From an uncultured bacterium (GTDB lineage: Bacteria > Patescibacteriota > JAHJAL01): DNA of 64,000 bases. Where the stretch lies: assembly GCA_938004065.1 (NCBI GenBank), contig CALKWM010000041.1, positions 26,889-90,888 of the forward strand, in the 5' to 3' direction. Of this stretch, positions 60,373-64,000 are shown piece after piece; within the stretch, counting starts at the first letter, position 1; each line of letters begins with the position of its first letter. The position numbers and the translations under genes are program-made. Below the pieces are notes generated by a model. It was given only the letters and a program-made list of their open reading frames with translations, did no database searches and was not told the DNA's origin.

Positions 60373-60540
60373 GATTAAAAAAATATCTTAAATTAATTAT
60401 AAAATAAGTTACACACTACGTAAATATGAAAAAGACAATATTCAATATACAATATACAATAAGCAAGAATTAAGAAAAATAATAAAAAACATCTATAATT
60501 CTTAATTTAAGTAGCGCTACATAAAAATTAGAAATATACG

Positions 60541-60730
60541 ACTTGTGTGAAATCAATTCTTCTCCTGTCATCCTCGAATCGGAAGCGTTATCGCGATCCG
60601 ATAACTTGTCCGGCGAACCTGTCCGGCGAATGCCCGGATGCGGGATCGGGGATCCAGATATCTTATATTTGTTTTTTAATTCACACAACTCGTTAATATG
60701 TGATACGAATCCCCAATCCCGCATACAAAA
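60541..60730. mobile_element. MITE-like palindromic element, family 1 copy C, a longer variant. Imperfect TIRs (acttgtgtgaaat … aattcacacaact) and an internal long inverted pair gcgggatcggggatcc / gaatccccaatcccgc.
   Basis: It shares ctgtcatcctcgaatcggaagcg, aacttgtccggcgaa (here tandemly duplicated) and ggatcggggatcca with copies A and B. It lies between the SPFH and U32 genes. Confidence 0.6.
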
Positions 60731-60732
60731 CA

Positions 60733-61959
60733 TTAATTATTTATTTTTCTTATCATCGAATATTCAGGAAATTCATATCCAGCCACATAAAATACAAAAT
60801 TGGTATTCACCACCTCTCCCAAATCATTCCCATCAATATCTAAAAACTTTTCAATTTTCATTTCCTTGATCCCCAAAGGTGTGATTACATCCAAACTATC
60901 ACCTAGTTTAATCTGATTACGAGCTTCAATTTTTAACAAATCCCCTACTCTACCTATCACTTTGCCAACGAACTGTTTTTCTTTTTCTTTTCTTTGAAAT
61001 TCCAAATTAACCATATTGGCCCCATCCGCTCCAAAAAAACCAGTGGTATAATTTCTACTTGTGGCGGCCTGTAATTCATTTAAATATCTCGATAAATTAT
61101 TCTTATACTTATCCTTATTTTCAAAATAATCATCCATTGCTTGCCGATACACACTTACCACATTTGCCAAATAGTATTCACTCTTGTTGCGGCCTTCAAT
61201 TTTCCAGCTCATCGCTCCCGTTTTAATCAACTCATCTATCATTTCAATCAAACACAAATCTTTTGAATTAAAAAAATAACTTCCTCGCTCATCCTCCTCG
61301 ACCTTCATAAACTCACCCGGTCTGGTTTTCTCTTCCAGATAAAAATCATAATTCCACCGGCAACAATGCGAACAATCACCCTGATTGGCATCCCTGTTAG
61401 TTAAATAATTACTGATATTGCAACGACCGGAATACGACATACACATCGCTCCATGCACAAAAATTTCCAGATCAATTTCCGGCAATTTATTTTTAATATC
61501 TTTTATCTCCTTCCAGTGCAATTCTCGAGCCAGTATCACTCGTTCAAATTTGGACTGATCAACCCACCATTTTACCGCTCGCCAATTGGTAATATTGGCC
61601 TGTGTACTGATATGCAAAGGGGTATTTATCTTTTCATCAGCTATTATTCCCATCACCCCCGGATCAGCCACAATCAATGCATCCGGATTTATATTTTCCA
61701 GCTTATGTAAAAACTCCGGTAGCAATTCGATGTCCTTGTTTTTGGCAAAGATATTGACCGTCACATAAACTTTTTTGCCCAATTTATGAGCATAATCGAT
61801 ACCCTTAGCCAAACTTTCCATATTGAACCCAATCTCCTTGACTCTCATCCCAAACTCCGGTACTCCGGCATATACCGCATCCGCCCCATACAAAAAAGCA
61901 ACCTTCAATCTTTCCAAATCTCCCGCCGGCGCTAAAAGCTCCGGCTTCTCTTTATTCAT
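60733..61959 (-). CDS. Peptidase U32 family protein (YegQ/RlhA-like)
   Basis: ELLAPAGDLERLKVAFLYGADAVY is the U32 N-terminal TIM-barrel signature, plus the Cys cluster CMSYSGRC. Confidence 0.85.
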   Translation of the reverse strand: MNKEKPELLAPAGDLERLKVAFLYGADAVYAGVPEFGMRVKEIGFNMESLAKGIDYAHKLGKKVYVTVNIFAKNKDIELLPEFLHKLENINPDALIVADPGVMGIIADEKINTPLHISTQANITNWRAVKWWVDQSKFERVILARELHWKEIKDIKNKLPEIDLEIFVHGAMCMSYSGRCNISNYLTNRDANQGDCSHCCRWNYDFYLEEKTRPGEFMKVEEDERGSYFFNSKDLCLIEMIDELIKTGAMSWKIEGRNKSEYYLANVVSVYRQAMDDYFENKDKYKNNLSRYLNELQAATSRNYTTGFFGADGANMVNLEFQRKEKEKQFVGKVIGRVGDLLKIEARNQIKLGDSLDVITPLGIKEMKIEKFLDIDGNDLGEVVNTNFVFYVAGYEFPEYSMIRKINN

Positions 61960-62059
61960 AATACTTTATTAATAATATCTTGATCAATTCTAACATTTTT
62001 AAAATAAAAATACTTTTCCTACCCCATAGACAAAAAAAGACATCCACATAGAATCTCTT

Positions 62060-62160
62060 TGCTTATTGTTTATTGCTTATTGTTTATTGCTTATTGCTTA
62101 TTGTTTATTGTGTATTGCTTATTGTGTATTGTTTATTGTGTATTGTTTATTGCTTAATAC
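62060..62160. repeat. Near-perfect heptanucleotide tandem array, (TTATTGY)x14. It lies between the M23-peptidase stop and the U32-peptidase start, both on the - strand, where it reads (RCAATAA)n.
   Basis: Direct reading: ttgcttattgtttattgcttattgtttattgcttattgcttattgtttattgtgtattgcttattgtgtattgtttattgtgtattgtttattgctt. It generates the artefactual track ORFs 62066..62248 and 62073..62351. Confidence 0.85.
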
Positions 62161-63359
62161 GGCAAAGCAATATCCAAAAACAAATGCGGATTTACACTAT
62201 TTCCAAACGCATCATTTATCTCAAAATGCAAATGTGGACCGGTTGTAAAATACCCCGCCCCTCTCGTGCCAGGCGCACCACCGGAAAGTCCGATTGCCTC
62301 ACCACGCGACACGTATTGACCATTGGAAACAAAAATCTCACTCATATGTAAATACTTGGTTAAATAGCCGTTTCCATGTTGAATCGCAATGTAACTAAGT
62401 CCGGAATTGCCGGAATCATACGCCACCACCACCACACCACTGGCTGCAGCATACACCGGTGTACCTTGACCGGCCGCTAAATCAATCCCGGTATGTGGGA
62501 ACCCGAAACCATAATACGGATCCATATAATCACCACCAACCACACTAACTCTATTGAACCCCGCCAAAGGATAACCGAAACCATCACCACCGGATAAATT
62601 TGGATATTCAATTTCCAGTTTTTTTCTGGCTTCCTCGATCAATCTGTCAATCTCCGATGAAACGGATTGTTCTTCGGCAACCGCATCCGCTAGCTGTCTT
62701 TGAAACTCCTCTTCCTCTCCCTTGGTTTGTTCCAGCAACAAATTTTTGGCATCCTTTTGACTCTGAAGTGCGGATTGTTCTTCTTCCTTTCTCGACAACA
62801 AATCTTCCAACTCATCTTTCTCTCCGTTCAACTGCACTCTTTGCGCTTCCAAATTACTCTTAATTTTATTTATTTCCGTTATTGTTATCCTCACCTGCTC
62901 CTTGACCGCTTCTACATATGTTACTTGTTTAACAAAATCGGAAAAATTTTGCGAGGACAGCAAAATCATCACCACATTTTGTTCACGTTGTTCATACAAC
63001 ATCTGTAAACTCTCATCGAGAATCACTTTTTGATAATCAAGCATCCTCTGCTGTCTGGCAATTTCATTTGTCAATACATCAATCCTGTCTTGCTTTTCAG
63101 TAATCTGATACTCTGTATCTTTTATCTGCAATCCCAACTGTTCAATTTTTGCATCAAAAATTGCAATCTGATTTTCCAGATTGACAGACTCATTTTTCTT
63201 TTGTTCAACCAATTTATTTATCTCATCCATCCGATTTTGGATCTCTTCTCTTTGTTGTTTCAAATCATTGACACTTTGGGCATGCAAAAAACCACCACTT
63301 ACCAAAATCAGTGCCAATATCATAACTATACAAATTCTATTCCAAATGCTCTTCATCAA
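62154..63359 (-). CDS. M23 (LytM) metallopeptidase with an N-terminal signal/anchor and a long coiled-coil; EnvC-like partner of FtsX
   Basis: The coiled-coil occupies the N-terminal two-thirds. M23 motifs HTGIDLAAGQGTPVYAAASG and GPHLHFEI. The gene is directly downstream of ftsX. Confidence 0.85.
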   Translation of the reverse strand: MMKSIWNRICIVMILALILVSGGFLHAQSVNDLKQQREEIQNRMDEINKLVEQKKNESVNLENQIAIFDAKIEQLGLQIKDTEYQITEKQDRIDVLTNEIARQQRMLDYQKVILDESLQMLYEQREQNVVMILLSSQNFSDFVKQVTYVEAVKEQVRITITEINKIKSNLEAQRVQLNGEKDELEDLLSRKEEEQSALQSQKDAKNLLLEQTKGEEEEFQRQLADAVAEEQSVSSEIDRLIEEARKKLEIEYPNLSGGDGFGYPLAGFNRVSVVGGDYMDPYYGFGFPHTGIDLAAGQGTPVYAAASGVVVVAYDSGNSGLSYIAIQHGNGYLTKYLHMSEIFVSNGQYVSRGEAIGLSGGAPGTRGAGYFTTGPHLHFEINDAFGNSVNPHLFLDIALPY

Positions 63360-63463
63360 AAACCATTATCCAATGAATTAAAAAAAATATACAATAAGCA
63401 ACAAACAATATACATCAATGAGTAGTGCAAAATAAAAACTTGAAACTTGCTACTTGATACTTA

Positions 63464-64000
63464 TCATTTAAGGTGTTTTCTAATCGCCACAAACGCACTT
63501 GCTACACTGATAGTAACACCAAGCAATATTTGAAACGCCAAAACAAATAGCAAATATTGGGCAACAAAATCGTTGAAAAAACCTCCTGAAAGACCGAGAT
63601 AAGACTGAGCGATCAAAGACACATAATACCCGATTGCTGTCACAAATATAGTCGATAAAATCGCCGCCAACAAGCCATACAAACCGCTTTCTATCAAAAA
63701 CGGCGCATGCACAAACCAATCCGTCGCCCCCACCAATTTCATAATCTCAATCTCATCCTTACGCGAAAATATTGCAATTCTAACCGTGCTAAACACCACC
63801 GATACGGCAATTATTATAAATATCAAACCAATCAATATTCCCGCTTTTTGCACAAAATCAATTACACCGATCAATTTTACAATTACCGCTCTATTTCTGG
63901 AATAACTACTGGAATATATCATATCTTTGTAATCATCTCTTTCAACCACTTGACTTACTTTGTCCAAATCACTGGTATTTTTGGTCTTTACCACCAAACT
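63464..64000 (-). CDS. ftsX: Cell-division ABC permease FtsX, 3' portion. The gene start lies beyond the window end.
   Basis: Four-TM permease C-terminus (IIAVSVVFSTVRIAIFSRKDEIEIMKLVGATDWFVHAPFLIESGLYG). The ORF has no in-window start. Confidence 0.8.
   Translation of the reverse strand, partial: SLVVKTKNTSDLDKVSQVVERDDYKDMIYSSSYSRNRAVIVKLIGVIDFVQKAGILIGLIFIIIAVSVVFSTVRIAIFSRKDEIEIMKLVGATDWFVHAPFLIESGLYGLLAAILSTIFVTAIGYYVSLIAQSYLGLSGGFFNDFVAQYLLFVLAFQILLGVTISVASAFVAIRKHLK

Noticed and set aside
60470-60869. Track ORFs 60470..60733 (-) and 60543..60869 (+)
   Set aside because: Both lie across MITE-like copy C. Their open frames come from the GC-rich palindrome and overlap each other antisense.

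Overview
The window is about 64 kb of low-GC, gene-dense bacterial chromosome. It resembles a reduced genome, possibly from the CPR (Patescibacteria) or a Gram-positive-like lineage. This guess rests on three things: a split transketolase, an alanyl-tRNA synthetase (AlaS) that lacks the C-Ala domain, and many small hypothetical membrane proteins. The core content is housekeeping. On the + strand this includes alaS (5'-truncated by the window edge), an ftsA-like gene, ruvX, mltG, mreB, mreC, recG, rsmD, comEA, truB, rmuC, rpiB, rpe, the transketolase N and C subunits, a PfkB-family kinase, recR, corA, cysS, dus, two pseudouridine synthases, manC and secDF. On the - strand it includes tig-clpP, pgk-gap, an SPFH/band-7 protein, a U32 peptidase and an M23 peptidase next to ftsX (3' part only). 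One tRNA-Leu(UAG) lies on the - strand. The accessory content is the more interesting part:
- A 3040-aa multidomain surface protein (LamG x4-5, a TSP3 repeat, duplicated glycine-rich beta-helix-like blocks, three ~95-aa Cys-containing modules). Its ~190-aa C-terminal domain is shared with a neighbouring 227-aa secreted protein, an arrangement analogous to WxL-type surface-protein clusters.
- A - strand module downstream of tig-clpP. It encodes a sigma-70-region-4 + HARE-HTH protein, a 992-aa membrane-anchored HerA/TrwB-superfamily P-loop ATPase with a long disordered Lys-rich tail ending in an acidic tip, and three hypothetical proteins, two of which look like AP-endonuclease-2/xylose-isomerase-type TIM barrels.
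- A LytS/LytTR two-component system beside an L,D-transpeptidase and a Y-family DNA polymerase.
- Two families of GC-rich structured palindromic (MITE-like) intergenic elements that share a submotif. A fragment of one lies in-frame inside a pseudouridine synthase gene.
- A pervasive class of degenerate heptanucleotide repeats, consensus about TACTTGA / TTATTGC. It forms two long tandem arrays and many short copies directly downstream of stop codons. One repeat-derived segment appears to have been co-opted in-frame into the Y-family polymerase gene.
No CRISPR array, integrase or transposase was found.
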